Position numbers and translations under genes: made by a program
Part shown: one piece after another, positions 19,236 to 29,823 of the stretch
How positions within the stretch are numbered: position 1 is the first letter of the stretch
Layout of the letters: every line of letters starts with the position of its first letter
From: an uncultured bacterium
GTDB taxonomy: Bacteria; Patescibacteriota; Minisyncoccia; Phycocordibacterales; CAIZLB01
DNA length: 64,000 bases
Direction of reading: 5' to 3'
Assembly: GCA_903936565.1 (NCBI GenBank)
Contig: CAIZVZ010000009.1
Span: 44,840-108,839, forward strand
The notes under the pieces: generated by a model
Told to the model about the DNA's origin: nothing
What the model saw: the letters and a program-made list of their open reading frames with translations, nothing else
Database searches by the model: none

Positions 19236-20564
19236 TTACCTATTTGGATTCGAGCTCGATATCAAGCTTTCCAATTTCTGATTAAGACCATTTCTCGCTT
19301 CGCTACTTGAAACCTTACCGGTTGTTATTTGATCTATAAACTCTCTAAACATTGAATCTGTTATAGTCGAATTTGGATCCAACCATGTCTTTGATTGAAT
19401 GGTTGCTCTAGCAAATAAATCACCATATGTATTTGCACCAGAAGGTACTGCAAGAATATCTCTTCTGGCCGATGGTAAATTATTTATTTTAGTTAATTCA
19501 GTTTGAGCTTGAGATGATACCAATTGCGTCATAACAACAATTGCCGCAGCTTGATTTCTTGACTGCTTTACAAGGGCTAATGCTTTTATCTTCGCATAAG
19601 AGGTGGACTGAACATTCTTTGCCCTATTTTCATCTTGCGGCATTAAGGCTACATCAAAATTTAAATTAGGATTCTTTCTTTGCAAAATAGGATATTCACT
19701 AGCATAACCAAAATACATTGCCAAATTACCAGCAACAAAAGCATCTCTGGAATTTACAAGCGACTTATTCCAAGAATATCTTTCATTATTAGGATTTGAG
19801 AAGGATGTATAAAAGTTAGTAGATCCCTCAAGTACATTTACACCCTCGGCTGACGGTGTATCCGCTGTTGAAACATATCTTTTAACCCCCTGGTCAAATT
19901 CTATTAAATTATTTCCACCTTGTAGCATCAGGTTAACAAAGATTTCTTTAGAATGGTTAACATTAGATGATTCCCCAAGCGCCACAGCTGATTTAATAAT
20001 TTCTGATCTATCGGTTCTCTGCGTCAAACTTGGAATATCAGAACTTAATTGCTGCCATGTTTTTGGAGGGGAAACGATAGCTGCATCATTGAACATTGTC
20101 TTATTCCAATACATCACCAACGGATCAACACTAAAAGGTAAAGCGTAAATTCCATCGGCTGCCACAAAAATATTTGTTGAATCGATGAAGGTGTCAGTAT
20201 ATGTTCTTTGAGGTAGAGTCTTGAATGAAATTGGCTGAAGTTTTGCTTTCCATGAAAATAACTTTGAATCATCTATCATCACAATGTCGGGCCCTTTACC
20301 TTCAGCTAAAGCATTCACAAACTCGGATTCATACGTGTCAATATTTTTTTGAATATAAGTAACATTCATAACTTTTTTCTGAGGATCTATAGCTTCAAGA
20401 AGATTTTTGAACTCAGTCTCTGGCTCAGTTCCCCACACAACAGCGCTAACCGCTGAGTTATTTGACGAATTAGTGAATGCTGCAAAAATTATTACACCGA
20501 CAACTGCTGCAAAAATGAATACTCCGATGAGAATCACTTGAAATGGGCTTGATGATTTATCCAT
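19236..20564 (-). CDS. membrane-anchored extracellular solute-binding protein (ABC transporter SBP family 1-like)
   Basis: N-terminal TM anchor. Size and composition fit sugar-type SBPs. No permease or ATPase genes are adjacent. Confidence 0.5.
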   Translation of the reverse strand: MDKSSSPFQVILIGVFIFAAVVGVIIFAAFTNSSNNSAVSAVVWGTEPETEFKNLLEAIDPQKKVMNVTYIQKNIDTYESEFVNALAEGKGPDIVMIDDSKLFSWKAKLQPISFKTLPQRTYTDTFIDSTNIFVAADGIYALPFSVDPLVMYWNKTMFNDAAIVSPPKTWQQLSSDIPSLTQRTDRSEIIKSAVALGESSNVNHSKEIFVNLMLQGGNNLIEFDQGVKRYVSTADTPSAEGVNVLEGSTNFYTSFSNPNNERYSWNKSLVNSRDAFVAGNLAMYFGYASEYPILQRKNPNLNFDVALMPQDENRAKNVQSTSYAKIKALALVKQSRNQAAAIVVMTQLVSSQAQTELTKINNLPSARRDILAVPSGANTYGDLFARATIQSKTWLDPNSTITDSMFREFIDQITTGKVSSSEARNGLNQKLESLISSSNPNR

Positions 20565-20580
20565 ATATAAATATTATAAC

Positions 20581-21114
20581 TTAATCTTTAAATTTAAACA
20601 CTAGGCCGTAATGATAGTCCCCCGCATCAAATTCTCTTTCTTGAATCATGTTCTCCCTATCAAACCAAGAGGCAATATGCTCTTTTGGGATTATGCAGTC
20701 TGGGTGGGGACCAAAGTGATTATATGAGTCAACCCAATCTATTACAGCAATTTTCCCCTTCAATTTTAAAATTCTTACAGCTTCCTTTACAGCCCTTTCT
20801 GGATGATCACAAACAAACAATGTGTTTGCAATTATCACCCTATCTACACTTGCATTAATTAAACCAGATCCATTGGGCGACTCTATGTCCCCTCTCAAGA
20901 CTTCAACGTTTTTATGATGAAAAATCTTTGCTTCATTTGCAATTCTAGTCAACAAATCCGCCCTTGTATCTATTGCATAAACTTTTCCATGTGGACCAAC
21001 TTTTTTTGCAAGCGCCATTGTAAAATATCCAGCACCAGCATCAAAATCTACAACAGTCATACCTTCTGCAATATTCATGTCGTGTAATGTTTTTTCAGGT
21101 TTAACAAAACTCAT
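20581..21114 (-). CDS. class I SAM-dependent methyltransferase
   Basis: Motif I VVDFDAGAGYFTMALA. Acidic loop after beta2 (YAIDTRADLL). Confidence 0.75.
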   Translation of the reverse strand: MSFVKPEKTLHDMNIAEGMTVVDFDAGAGYFTMALAKKVGPHGKVYAIDTRADLLTRIANEAKIFHHKNVEVLRGDIESPNGSGLINASVDRVIIANTLFVCDHPERAVKEAVRILKLKGKIAVIDWVDSYNHFGPHPDCIIPKEHIASWFDRENMIQEREFDAGDYHYGLVFKFKD

Positions 21115-21321
21115 ATATAAATATTATAGCACCCAGTAAAAGATTTTGCTAAACCTTAACGGGAATACGAGCTACTTTTTTGTTGAGAGGTATAATTATC
21201 TCCCTTGAGTATTATTGCTGGGACCCGCTTATCATTTATTTTAACTTTACATTGAGTACTTTCATGGTAATCTTTACAAGAACCTGAACCCGCTCTAGGC
21301 GGTATACCTAGAATTTTAAAC

Positions 21322-21876
21322 ATGCCGAAAGAATTCGCTGCAAAACAAAGTCCACGACTGGCTATTATCCTCTGTGGAAGTAGCCGCATTTCCGCAACCA
21401 AGCTATGTGAAATGATGGTTAAAACCGCAAGTCACATCGACCAAATTGCAAACGACCGACCGTTAAACCTCTTGGAAATTGGAATCCCTGACGAGGCGGC
21501 GTACACTGCTCTTATTGAGGCGCTAGGAACTGAAAAAATTAGATCCAGCAGCACCTTAGCTAAGGGCCCAGGCCCGCTGAATGAGGATGAGGTCATCCAA
21601 TTCCTTGAATCAGCAAGAGTGACTACAGACAACACCGTCAGCGTTGTCGTCGTCCAAGACAAGAACGATGGGGCACTATTGATAGACGCCATCGCTCGGC
21701 GTCATTTCAATCGGGAAGTGTCCGCACCAGAAGGTCGTCAATTGGCCGAACTTGGATGTTACACTGCCTTTAAGCCAAAGGGAGGAGGAAGATTCCGAAG
21801 ACTCGACAACCCAATACGTCATGACCTATCCCACATACATGGCCCACCCAAAGCCAGGCAAGGGAAAAAAGATTGA
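21322..21876 (+). CDS. hypothetical protein (184 aa), GC-richer orphan
   Basis: Complete ORF at about 50% GC. Followed by the GC hairpin at 21908. Confidence 0.4.
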   Translation: MPKEFAAKQSPRLAIILCGSSRISATKLCEMMVKTASHIDQIANDRPLNLLEIGIPDEAAYTALIEALGTEKIRSSSTLAKGPGPLNEDEVIQFLESARVTTDNTVSVVVVQDKNDGALLIDAIARRHFNREVSAPEGRQLAELGCYTAFKPKGGGRFRRLDNPIRHDLSHIHGPPKARQGKKD

Positions 21877-21907
21877 CTGACGGGAAGGAAATTAACCAAC
21901 ACCCAAA

Positions 21908-21935
21908 GGGCCGCCCAGATTCGTCTGGGCGGCCC
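21908..21935. terminator. GC hairpin (gggccgcccagattcgtctgggcggccc) between convergent genes
   Basis: Perfect 11 bp stem. Weak T-tract. Confidence 0.4.
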
Positions 21936-21989
21936 TCCATCATTCCTGACAAAAGAAATTCTTGTTACAGGCACATATATATTTATATA

Positions 21990-24461
21990 CTACAGACAGA
22001 TAAGTGACGCCAACCCATCACCCTCTCGTAGTTTCATAATTCTAACCCCTTGAGTATCACGTCCAAGAGTTGGAACTTCTTTCAAATCACATCTGATAAC
22101 CTGACTCTTCTTTGAAATCGCAACAAGCTCTTCAAGTTCAGGTGTTAGAATTCTTGCGGAAATCAAATCACCCGTCTTTGGAGTCACTTTTACAGTTTTA
22201 ATTCCCGATCCTCCTCTTCCCTGAATCTTGTATTCCTTAATTCGAGTTTTCTTTCCATAACCATTCATCGACATAACCATTACAGTTGCATCAGTTACAT
22301 CCTTTGCAATAGTATCAGCCCCAACCACTGAGACATCCTTATCCAATTTCATCACCCGGACTCCTCCAGCGGAGCGCCCCATTTCTCTAACATCACCTTC
22401 GTCGAATCTAATTGATTGTCCATCAGATGCAACAACCATTACAGAATCTTTCTTCTCAACAAATGATGCTGAAACCAATTCATCTTGTGGATCAAGTCTG
22501 ATAGCAATAATTCCACTTCTTCTAACATCGAGGAAGCTTTCTACGGAAACCTTCTTTCCAGTTCCCTGCTTTGTAACCAAGAATAGACTAAGCCCACTTC
22601 CCTTCTTGATTTGCTTTGGCATTGGCAAAACAGATGTCACCTTCTCACTATCAGAAAGAGATAAGAAGTTCATGATTGACTTACCACGAGTGGCACGCTT
22701 TCCTTCTGGAATATCATACATCTTAATTTGGTATGCCTTACCCTTATCAGTGAAGAACAATAAATCACTGTGAGTTGTAGTTGTTATAAGGTGAGTTATG
22801 AAGTCCTCCTCCTTAGTGTCTAGATCAACAACACCAACACCACCTCTCTTTTGTTTTCTATATTCATCAGGATCAGTTCTCTTAATGTATCCTCCTGATG
22901 TTAGAACAAGTACACTTTCTTCATCCGGAATAACATCCTCGATGCAGAAATTTTTTGCTGCATGCTTAATAATCTTTGTTCTTCTATTGTCACCAAATCG
23001 TTCCCTAATATCAGCAAGTTCATCCTTAACAATTTTCAAAACTCTTTTAGGATTCTTTAGAATATCTTCACACTCCTTAATGAAAGCTTGAACTGCCTTT
23101 AATTCATCCTCAATCTTCTTTCGCTCAAGACCAGCAAGCTTCTGCAATTTCATTTCCAAAATAGCAGTAGTTTGTCTATCGGAGAATTTAAACTCCTTCA
23201 TCAAATTAGCGTGAGCGGTAGGAGTATCCTTTGATGCTTTAATAGTTTTAATAATTGCATCAATGTGATCAAGAGCCTTTTTCAAACCGAGCAAAATATG
23301 CTCACGATCTAGCGCCTCTTTCAAATCAAATTCAGTTCTTCTTCTGATAACCTCTTTTCTGTGTTTAATAAATTCTTCAAGACAAGATTTCAAAGATAGA
23401 GTTTGCGGCACACCATCAACGAGTGCAACCATGTTGTAGTGGAAAGTTGTCTCAAGTTGAGTGTGTTTATATAGGAAGTTCAAAATATTCTGAGGATAAC
23501 TTCCACTCTTAAGTTCGATCACAATTCTAATGTCTTTTGTTGACTCATCACGCAAGTCCTTTAGACCTTCTAACTTTTTCTCACGCACCAAATCAGCGAT
23601 AGCTTCAATCAGAGTTGATTTGTTAACTCTATATGGGATTGAAGTAATCACAATCTTAGATTGACCTGCTTTTTCTTCAATAATTTCAGCTTCTCCTCGA
23701 ACTACAACTCCACCTCTACCGTGAATTAGAGCTGCAGCAATATCTTTTTCATTATACGCAACACCACCGAGAGGAAAGTCAGGACCCTTAACAAATTCTA
23801 ACAGATCTTCTGATGATGCATCTGGATTATCAGCCAAGTGAACAGTAGCATCAACAATCTCTCTCAAGTTGTGAGGAGGAAAGTTAGTTGCCATACCGAC
23901 AGCAATACCAAGAACACCATTCAAAAGCAAGTTAGGCACTGCGGTTGGCATAACCGTAGGTTCTTTACTCGTTCCATCATAGTTAGGAACGAAATCAACA
24001 GTTTGTTTTCCGATATCACGAAGTAGTTCAGATGACAGTCTAGACATCTTTGCCTCCGTATAACGTTGTGCAGCAGGTGGATCACCATCAACTGTTCCGA
24101 AGTTACCTTGTCCAATTACCAACGGATATCTCATTGAAAAATCCTGCGCCATGTTAACCATGGACATATAAATAGCAACGTCTCCGTGTGGGTGAAAATT
24201 ACCCATCACATCTCCAACTACTTTAGCTGACTTAACAGTCTTTGCTGAAGCCGTTAGACGCATTCCATTCATGGCATATAAGATTCTTCTGTGCACAGGT
24301 TTAAGACCATCTCTGATATCAGGAAGGGCACGGTCTGTAATAACAGACATGGCATAGTCAATGTATGACTTCCTCATTTCCTGTGTCAGATTTCTGTCTT
24401 GTATTTTGTCAGAATTATCTGCGATAACTTCTACTTCTGCTGTTACTATCTTTTTTGCCAT
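21990..24461 (-). CDS. gyrA: DNA gyrase subunit A
   Basis: 823 aa. N-terminal [28 protein letters not shown] with the active-site Tyr region. C-terminal beta-pinwheel repeats. Confidence 0.95.
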   Translation of the reverse strand: MAKKIVTAEVEVIADNSDKIQDRNLTQEMRKSYIDYAMSVITDRALPDIRDGLKPVHRRILYAMNGMRLTASAKTVKSAKVVGDVMGNFHPHGDVAIYMSMVNMAQDFSMRYPLVIGQGNFGTVDGDPPAAQRYTEAKMSRLSSELLRDIGKQTVDFVPNYDGTSKEPTVMPTAVPNLLLNGVLGIAVGMATNFPPHNLREIVDATVHLADNPDASSEDLLEFVKGPDFPLGGVAYNEKDIAAALIHGRGGVVVRGEAEIIEEKAGQSKIVITSIPYRVNKSTLIEAIADLVREKKLEGLKDLRDESTKDIRIVIELKSGSYPQNILNFLYKHTQLETTFHYNMVALVDGVPQTLSLKSCLEEFIKHRKEVIRRRTEFDLKEALDREHILLGLKKALDHIDAIIKTIKASKDTPTAHANLMKEFKFSDRQTTAILEMKLQKLAGLERKKIEDELKAVQAFIKECEDILKNPKRVLKIVKDELADIRERFGDNRRTKIIKHAAKNFCIEDVIPDEESVLVLTSGGYIKRTDPDEYRKQKRGGVGVVDLDTKEEDFITHLITTTTHSDLLFFTDKGKAYQIKMYDIPEGKRATRGKSIMNFLSLSDSEKVTSVLPMPKQIKKGSGLSLFLVTKQGTGKKVSVESFLDVRRSGIIAIRLDPQDELVSASFVEKKDSVMVVASDGQSIRFDEGDVREMGRSAGGVRVMKLDKDVSVVGADTIAKDVTDATVMVMSMNGYGKKTRIKEYKIQGRGGSGIKTVKVTPKTGDLISARILTPELEELVAISKKSQVIRCDLKEVPTLGRDTQGVRIMKLREGDGLASLICL

Positions 24462-24487
24462 TTTTCTTTTCTTATTAAAATTTATAA

Positions 24488-25027
24488 TTAATTTCCCGCA
24501 CTAACTTCTGCATCAATACCAACATCCGCATTCTCTGGAGTAATCGGATTGGTGACAGAGTCAAGACTTTCATCTACCCTATCCGCCTCCACTGTCACAC
24601 CACTTGATGTGGTTGTGGAATAAACTGCATCACTTACTGATGAGCCGAGAACGCCAGAATCATCAGTGGCCCCAACCCCAGTTTGCACCCCAGCATTTTG
24701 TGACAGTCCCAGAGTACCATTATCATATTTAACTTCATATTGACCACCCATAAACTTCTTTTGTGTCAGACCTTTTATCGAATCAAAAAATGAATCGAAT
24801 ACATTTCCAGCCTCCTGCTTCACAATACCAGTTGGACTTAAGCTTCCTCCGTCAATAGCGGTTGCAACAGATGCGCTACTATCAACTGTATTTAGATTTG
24901 GAATAAACCATGAAAAAATCCAAACTCCTCCAACTACACCAGTAAACAAAATTGATGCTGTAATAGCATACAACACTCTAAAGTTTTCTGATTTTTGTCT
25001 TACATTGTCAAAATGTTTAGTTAACAT
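24488..25027 (-). CDS. membrane-anchored hypothetical protein (179 aa)
   Basis: N-terminal TM segment. Ser/Thr/Gly/Val-rich extracellular tail. Confidence 0.45.
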   Translation of the reverse strand: MLTKHFDNVRQKSENFRVLYAITASILFTGVVGGVWIFSWFIPNLNTVDSSASVATAIDGGSLSPTGIVKQEAGNVFDSFFDSIKGLTQKKFMGGQYEVKYDNGTLGLSQNAGVQTGVGATDDSGVLGSSVSDAVYSTTTSSGVTVEADRVDESLDSVTNPITPENADVGIDAEVSAGN

Positions 25028-25067
25028 GGTTTTGTTTATTTTTACGCATTTGCGCTACTTAAAAATC

Positions 25068-25727
25068 TTATTGTTGTGGCGACAAAACTATTATATCACC
25101 ATTTTTTCCTTCGAGGTCTTTTTTCTTGATTGTTAATTTATCAATCGGCTCCCCGTGATCACCCGCCTCCTTCAAGAATGCAACAAGCGCCTCATCTTTT
25201 TTACTATCGAAGTGAATTGGAATAATAATCTTAGGCTCCATATTCATTGCTAGCTTGTATGCAGTCTTTGCATCAAGCACTCCTTTCCCACCGATTGGAA
25301 GGAAAAGAATATCCACTGAGTCAATCGCGTCCGCCGTATCCTTTGGAAGCGGACCATCTTGTGCGCCCAAGTAGAGCATGTTGATTCCCTCAACTGTCAA
25401 AGCATAAATTGTATTTATAAGCTTAGGCTCATCCTTATCAATATCATATGATGATTCACCCGCTAGGCCTTTGATAAAAATACTATTTACTTCATATTCT
25501 CCAGGACCAGAAACAACAAAAGGCTTCTTATCACCGTAAACCATTTCAGATCCTCCACACATATCCTCATGAGGCAGAGTTTCAAGGGCGATATCCGCTC
25601 CAAATTTATTAATTTTATAAGACGAAGTCTTTGCTGGCGGATTAAAAGCCAACACCAAATCCCCATACTGAATTTTAACAGCCTCACGGCCCAAATACGT
25701 AATAATCATGGCAGTATTATACACCAT
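25068..25727 (-). CDS. MBL-fold metallo-hydrolase (UlaG/beta-lactamase-superfamily-like)
   Basis: YLGREAVKIQYGDLVLAFNPP N-terminus. HxHxDH-like region (IPIHFDS). Confidence 0.5.
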   Translation of the reverse strand: MVYNTAMIITYLGREAVKIQYGDLVLAFNPPAKTSSYKINKFGADIALETLPHEDMCGGSEMVYGDKKPFVVSGPGEYEVNSIFIKGLAGESSYDIDKDEPKLINTIYALTVEGINMLYLGAQDGPLPKDTADAIDSVDILFLPIGGKGVLDAKTAYKLAMNMEPKIIIPIHFDSKKDEALVAFLKEAGDHGEPIDKLTIKKKDLEGKNGDIIVLSPQQ

Positions 25728-25916
25728 TTAAAAATCTTTGTTTAGCCCACCCTCCTTTTAGACATGAAAATATAGGGGTGTAAAGTTGGGGATTCTATTT
25801 CCTGCAGGGTATTGTATTTTCCCAAAAAACATGCATAATAACCTAGTCAGATTATTAGCAATTCCAAGCACTGTAACCCCTGCCGAGCAATTCAGAGACC
25901 CAAGCAGGAGCAGTAC

Positions 25917-27080
25917 TTGATTTTTTATTTCATGACAAAAGATACAGAAGAAACAACAGTTATCGCAAATGATACTGAAAAGGAAGCGGCAGAGGCTATC
26001 GCACAAATGAACGCAAGTGTGATGTCAAAGATTATTGCAGATTCTCACACTCCCCCAAGTGTCTCAGACATAGTGGAAGGAAAGGTTATCGCAATAGACA
26101 AGAAAGGAGTTTTTATAGATCTCCGACCTTATGGAACTGGAATCATCTATGGTAGAGAGTATATAAGTGCCAGAGACATCCTAAGAAAGGTTAATGTTGG
26201 AGACAGTATTGCCGCAAAGGTAGTAGAAGTTAACAACGCCGATGGTTACATCGAACTTTCACTTAAAGAAGCTAAGCAAGCTCTTATCTGGAGTGAAGCT
26301 GAGAGCGCAATCAAAAACAATACAGTTTATGATGTTCCCGTTCTTGAAGCAAACAAAGGAGGTCTTCTTATGGCATGGCAAGGTATTCAAGGATTCCTTC
26401 CAGCGTCTCAATTGAAGGCTGATAATTATCCAAGAGTTGAAGAAGGAAACAAGGATAGAATCCTTGAAGAACTTAAGAAACTAGTTGGTCAAAAGCTTTC
26501 AGTTACAATTATCGCAGCATCTCCAAAGGAAGGTAAACTAATCTTCTCAGAGAAGAATATCGCAGAAGGAGGTGAGAAAGAAAAAGTTGCAAGCAAATAC
26601 GTTGTAGGCGATGAAGTTGAAGGAACTGTAACAGGAGCCGTAGACTTCGGAGTATTCGTTAAGCTTGAAGAAAATCTAGAAGGTCTAGTTCATATTTCAG
26701 AAATTGACTGGGCGCTAGTTGAGGATCCTCGTACAATGTTTAAGGTTGGAGAAAAAATTAAAGTTAAAGTTATAGAAATTAAGGACGGTAAAGTTTCTCT
26801 ATCAATCAAAGCACTTAAGCCAAATCCATGGAAAGATGCTGAGAAGAAATACAAGAGAGATGATATCGTTACTGGAGTTGTAATTAAGTACAACAAGCAC
26901 GGAGCACTTGCAAGTATCGAGGAAGGAATCGCCGGCCTAGTTCACGTTTCAGAATTTGGAAGTGAGCCTAAGCTAAAAGAGAGTCTTGAACTTGGTAAAA
27001 GCTATACTTTTAAGATAAGTCTGTTCGATGCTAAGGAGCAAAAGATGGCACTTTCTTTTGTTGACAAAAACAAGAAATAG
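25917..27080 (+). CDS. rpsA: 30S ribosomal protein S1 (short, 4 S1 domains)
   Basis: Repeated S1 OB-fold motifs (GKVIAIDKKGVFIDL, GTVTGAVDFGVFVKL, GVVIKYNKHGALASI). Confidence 0.85.
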   Translation: MIFYFMTKDTEETTVIANDTEKEAAEAIAQMNASVMSKIIADSHTPPSVSDIVEGKVIAIDKKGVFIDLRPYGTGIIYGREYISARDILRKVNVGDSIAAKVVEVNNADGYIELSLKEAKQALIWSEAESAIKNNTVYDVPVLEANKGGLLMAWQGIQGFLPASQLKADNYPRVEEGNKDRILEELKKLVGQKLSVTIIAASPKEGKLIFSEKNIAEGGEKEKVASKYVVGDEVEGTVTGAVDFGVFVKLEENLEGLVHISEIDWALVEDPRTMFKVGEKIKVKVIEIKDGKVSLSIKALKPNPWKDAEKKYKRDDIVTGVVIKYNKHGALASIEEGIAGLVHVSEFGSEPKLKESLELGKSYTFKISLFDAKEQKMALSFVDKNKK

Positions 27081-27200
27081 GATTAAAAGTAAAGGGTGCA
27101 GGCACAATTTCTTTATTTTGTACGGCCAATGTTGGAGCCAAACTGCTGTTTGATTCCAACGCTGGCTGTACAACTTATGTGAAGCGCGCCGACGATGCAC

Positions 27201-27240
27201 AACACCAAAACCCGCATGAAAGTGCGGGTTTTGGTGTTGT
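27201..27240. terminator. perfect 17 bp-stem hairpin (caacaccaaaacccgcatgaaagtgcgggttttggtgttg)
   Basis: Palindrome followed by ttggggggg. Lies about 120 nt after the rpsA stop. Confidence 0.4.
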
Positions 27241-27322
27241 TGGGGGGGCTAAATTAGATATTCAGCCTGCCATTACGCCGCATTATGGCCGTCTCAAAGC
27301 AGCCTCGCCACCCTTACGTGGC

Positions 27323-27350
27323 TTGACATTTTGTATATGTGTGATAATAT
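27323..27350 (+). promoter_or_regulatory. sigma70-like promoter TTGACA-16-TAATAT with extended -10 (tgtgaTAATAT)
   Basis: Consensus -35 and near-consensus -10 about 60 nt upstream of the structured leader. A related promoter sits before the second cassette (28203). Confidence 0.5.
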
Positions 27351-27411
27351 TTTATAGGTATAGCTCCTTCACAAGCGCGATACATATTTTGGTGAAGTAG
27401 AGTTGAAAATT

Positions 27412-27510
27412 GGAAACTTCTTCTGAACACGGTTTTGATTGCACATTTCTTTGTATTTTACTAAGTACAAAGAAATGTGCAATCAATCCTACGTTAGGAA
27501 GAAGTTGCCA
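27412..27510 (+). promoter_or_regulatory. conserved ~100 nt structured leader (nested hairpin), copy A
   Basis: Outer stem ggaaacttcttc/gaagaagttgcc encloses a 21 bp perfect inner stem ttgattgcacatttctttgta/tacaaagaaatgtgcaatcaa. A covarying homolog lies upstream of the next gene (28296-28395). Confidence 0.5.
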
Positions 27511-27538
27511 AACCAACGACCAATCAACAACACAGCAC

Positions 27539-28117
27539 ATGAATAAATCAATAGCCCATACCATTTTTTACTATTTATTACTACCATTTCTGATTACACT
27601 TGGTTTAATTTTATTGATAGGATTTATAGTAAAAATCAATACCCGCCCACCCCAAAATCAGGGCAGCAGTTTGGAGTACACGGTGATGGTGAGGGACAAA
27701 ATCGCCATACTGCACATGATGGCAATTAAACTGGAAGAAAAGATCGGAGAACTCGATAGCCAGGGGGTCATCGATCAAGAATTCCTCCCATCGACCATCC
27801 AAGAAAAATGGGAGAAATCAGGGAGGAGTGGAAGCATTGCCTTCAATCGAGTTGTAGAAATCGCCATCGGACAAGTTCTTCTAATGAGTGAATTGCTCAA
27901 GAACGATGTGACCAGTGAATCTTCACCGACGTTTGGCCATATTGCTCGCACGAAAACAACCGTACAAGTAAATACCGCTCGACGAACAACGTACGATCAA
28001 CTCCAGGCCATGATGGCCAAATATGAACAACAACCGGAGTATTTACCTTGGTATCAAATTCCAAAGTTTTATGACACTCTCGAACCCGTAACACTGACCC
28101 CTCTCGAGGGAAAGTGA
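27539..28117 (+). CDS. small N-terminally anchored hypothetical protein, cassette paralog A (192 aa)
   Basis: Start chosen at the Met after the leader (MNKSIAH...). N-terminal TM. The C-terminal region shares ELLKNDV...TKTT with paralog B. Confidence 0.55.
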   Translation: MNKSIAHTIFYYLLLPFLITLGLILLIGFIVKINTRPPQNQGSSLEYTVMVRDKIAILHMMAIKLEEKIGELDSQGVIDQEFLPSTIQEKWEKSGRSGSIAFNRVVEIAIGQVLLMSELLKNDVTSESSPTFGHIARTKTTVQVNTARRTTYDQLQAMMAKYEQQPEYLPWYQIPKFYDTLEPVTLTPLEGK

Positions 28118-28127
28118 CAAAAACAAA

Positions 28128-28166
28128 ATCCGTCTCGCCCTCAGGGGCGCGGCGGATGTTTTTTAA
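28128..28166 (+). terminator. rho-independent terminator (conserved between cassettes)
   Basis: atccgtctcgccctcaggggcgcggcggat followed by gtttttt. Confidence 0.6.
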
Positions 28167-28202
28167 TTTATATGTTTTTAATAAATAGTCACCACCCCCC
28201 CC

Positions 28203-28231
28203 TTGACATTATACACATATGTGCTACTATT
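28203..28231 (+). promoter_or_regulatory. promoter-like TTGACA-16-TACTAT, homolog of 27323
   Basis: ttgacattatacacatatgtgctactat aligns with ttgacattttgtatatgtgtgataatat. Confidence 0.4.
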
Positions 28232-28295
28232 ATATAGTTATAGATCTTTTACATCCCTACTGAACACCTTGATGTTTTTTGATTTAAAATTCTTT

Positions 28296-28395
28296 TAAGC
28301 ATTCGGTTTGATTGCACATGCTTCTGTATTTATTTAATAAGTACATAAGCATGTGCAACCAATCCTACGAGAGGACGAAGTTGCCGAAACCAACA
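28296..28395 (+). promoter_or_regulatory. structured leader, copy B (covarying hairpin)
   Basis: Inner stem ttgattgcacatgcttctgta/tacataagcatgtgcaaccaa, followed by caatcctacgagaggacgaagttgccgaaacc. The stem middle differs from copy A, but pairing is preserved. Confidence 0.45.
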
Positions 28396-28413
28396 ACCAC
28401 TACTACCACTACC

Positions 28414-28947
28414 ATGAAATCAACAATCGCTATTCTGTCCCTCACCGGCGCTCTGGTCTTTACGGGCCTCACGGCTCTTGCCCAGTACAAAAGGGCCGAA
28501 ACCTTCAGGGACCAACTCCTTGAAATCGTCCACAACAGGACGGTTTTGACGGATAAGGTCACAGCCGAAAAGGTTGAGGTCATGCAAAAGATGGCGGACA
28601 ATCTGAAGAAGAAATTCGGCGACATCGACGACCTCGGTACCATGAAAATGTGGTGCACACCAAAGGCAATTCAAGGCCGCTGGAGTGACCACCTTAAGGG
28701 GTCGCCGACAGACAGGGACATCTACCTCGAGGCAGACATCGACAATGCTATCGTTGACCTCCTCTTTACGGAGGAGTTACTCAAGGACGACGTCCCTAGC
28801 CCCAACCAAAGGTACCGGGACATTGTCCAGCTCAAGACCACCGACCAAGAACAGGCCGCGATTCGAGCGGCATATGAACAACGTGATGAAATTGTCGCGC
28901 CATTCCAAAAGCGCATCAATGACATCATGAACAGGACCAGAGAATAA
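28414..28947 (+). CDS. small signal-peptide or N-terminal TM-anchored hypothetical protein, cassette paralog B (177 aa), GC-rich
   Basis: MKSTIAILSLTGALVFTGLTALA. C-terminal ELLKDDVPSPNQ...LKTTDQ resembles paralog A. GC is far above the genome background. Confidence 0.55.
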   Translation: MKSTIAILSLTGALVFTGLTALAQYKRAETFRDQLLEIVHNRTVLTDKVTAEKVEVMQKMADNLKKKFGDIDDLGTMKMWCTPKAIQGRWSDHLKGSPTDRDIYLEADIDNAIVDLLFTEELLKDDVPSPNQRYRDIVQLKTTDQEQAAIRAAYEQRDEIVAPFQKRINDIMNRTRE

Positions 28948-28980
28948 CCCGCCACTTGGCGGACCTCCGGTGCAAAAACA

Positions 28981-29018
28981 AATCCGTCCACCCTCCGGGG
29001 TGTGGCGGTGTTTTTTTA
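28981..29018 (+). terminator. rho-independent terminator, homolog of 28128
   Basis: atccgtccaccctccggggtgtggcggtg followed by tttttttat. Confidence 0.6.
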
Positions 29019-29157
29019 TTTGATTTATATTACTTCATTACCTAGTCCACACTCTCTAGATGAAGTTACCTAAACAACGTATTATTATGGCGGTCTCAGA
29101 TAGATATCTTTGACAAAGATTAATTGTACAAAACCGAACCAAGAAAGAACCAGATAA

Positions 29158-29739
29158 GTGAATGGAATACTCAGCAGAGAAATTGAAGCCAGATTCATTG
29201 TAAGCATTTGCCCCGAAGAAAAGGAGCCCGAGCAACTACGGCAGCTTACAATTGACCAACGATACTTGCGTGCCAAGGGACGCATCCGGCGTGTACGAAC
29301 CAAGATAGCTGGACAAGACAAAGAAAAGACGTCCGTTGTCTTGAATCGAAAATGGAAAATGGCGAATACGCTTGGAGGTAATTGGGAGATGGAACTCTGT
29401 CTTCCTAACACCTTCTTCATCGCCAGATTTTGCTTTTGGTTTCTGACCAAATTCCTCAGCGATCCAGCCTGTTACCCCATTCACAAGACCAGAACTGTTT
29501 ACGAATGGGATGGCGGCATGGAACTTGAATGGGACATATTCGCCAGCCAGCATGCCTTACCAGATGGACCATTTGGAATGTTGGAAGTTGAAGTGAGTGC
29601 AGGTTTTGACCTCGCTACGCTACAGGCCAAACTTCCCAAGTGGTTCGAGGTAAAGGATGACGTCACAGGACAAGCGTACTGGAGTAATGTGAATATTTCC
29701 CGACGGCTCCAAAGGATTTACCGCGGAAGAAGACAGTAA
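29158..29739 (+). CDS. CYTH-like (triphosphate tunnel metalloenzyme) domain protein (tentative)
   Basis: N-terminal EIEARFIV matches the CYTH EIERKFLV signature. An alternating-acid LEVEVS motif lies near the C-terminus. GC-rich. Confidence 0.45.
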   Translation: MNGILSREIEARFIVSICPEEKEPEQLRQLTIDQRYLRAKGRIRRVRTKIAGQDKEKTSVVLNRKWKMANTLGGNWEMELCLPNTFFIARFCFWFLTKFLSDPACYPIHKTRTVYEWDGGMELEWDIFASQHALPDGPFGMLEVEVSAGFDLATLQAKLPKWFEVKDDVTGQAYWSNVNISRRLQRIYRGRRQ

Positions 29740-29760
29740 TTTCACACTACACCCCCAACA

Positions 29761-29792
29761 AGACGGGCCGCGACAGCGGCCCGTCTTTTCTA
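29761..29792 (+). terminator. rho-independent terminator
   Basis: agacgggccgcgacagcggcccgtct followed by tttct. Confidence 0.6.
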
Positions 29793-29823
29793 ATATACTT
29801 TTCAAAATATTTAGAGCTATTTT

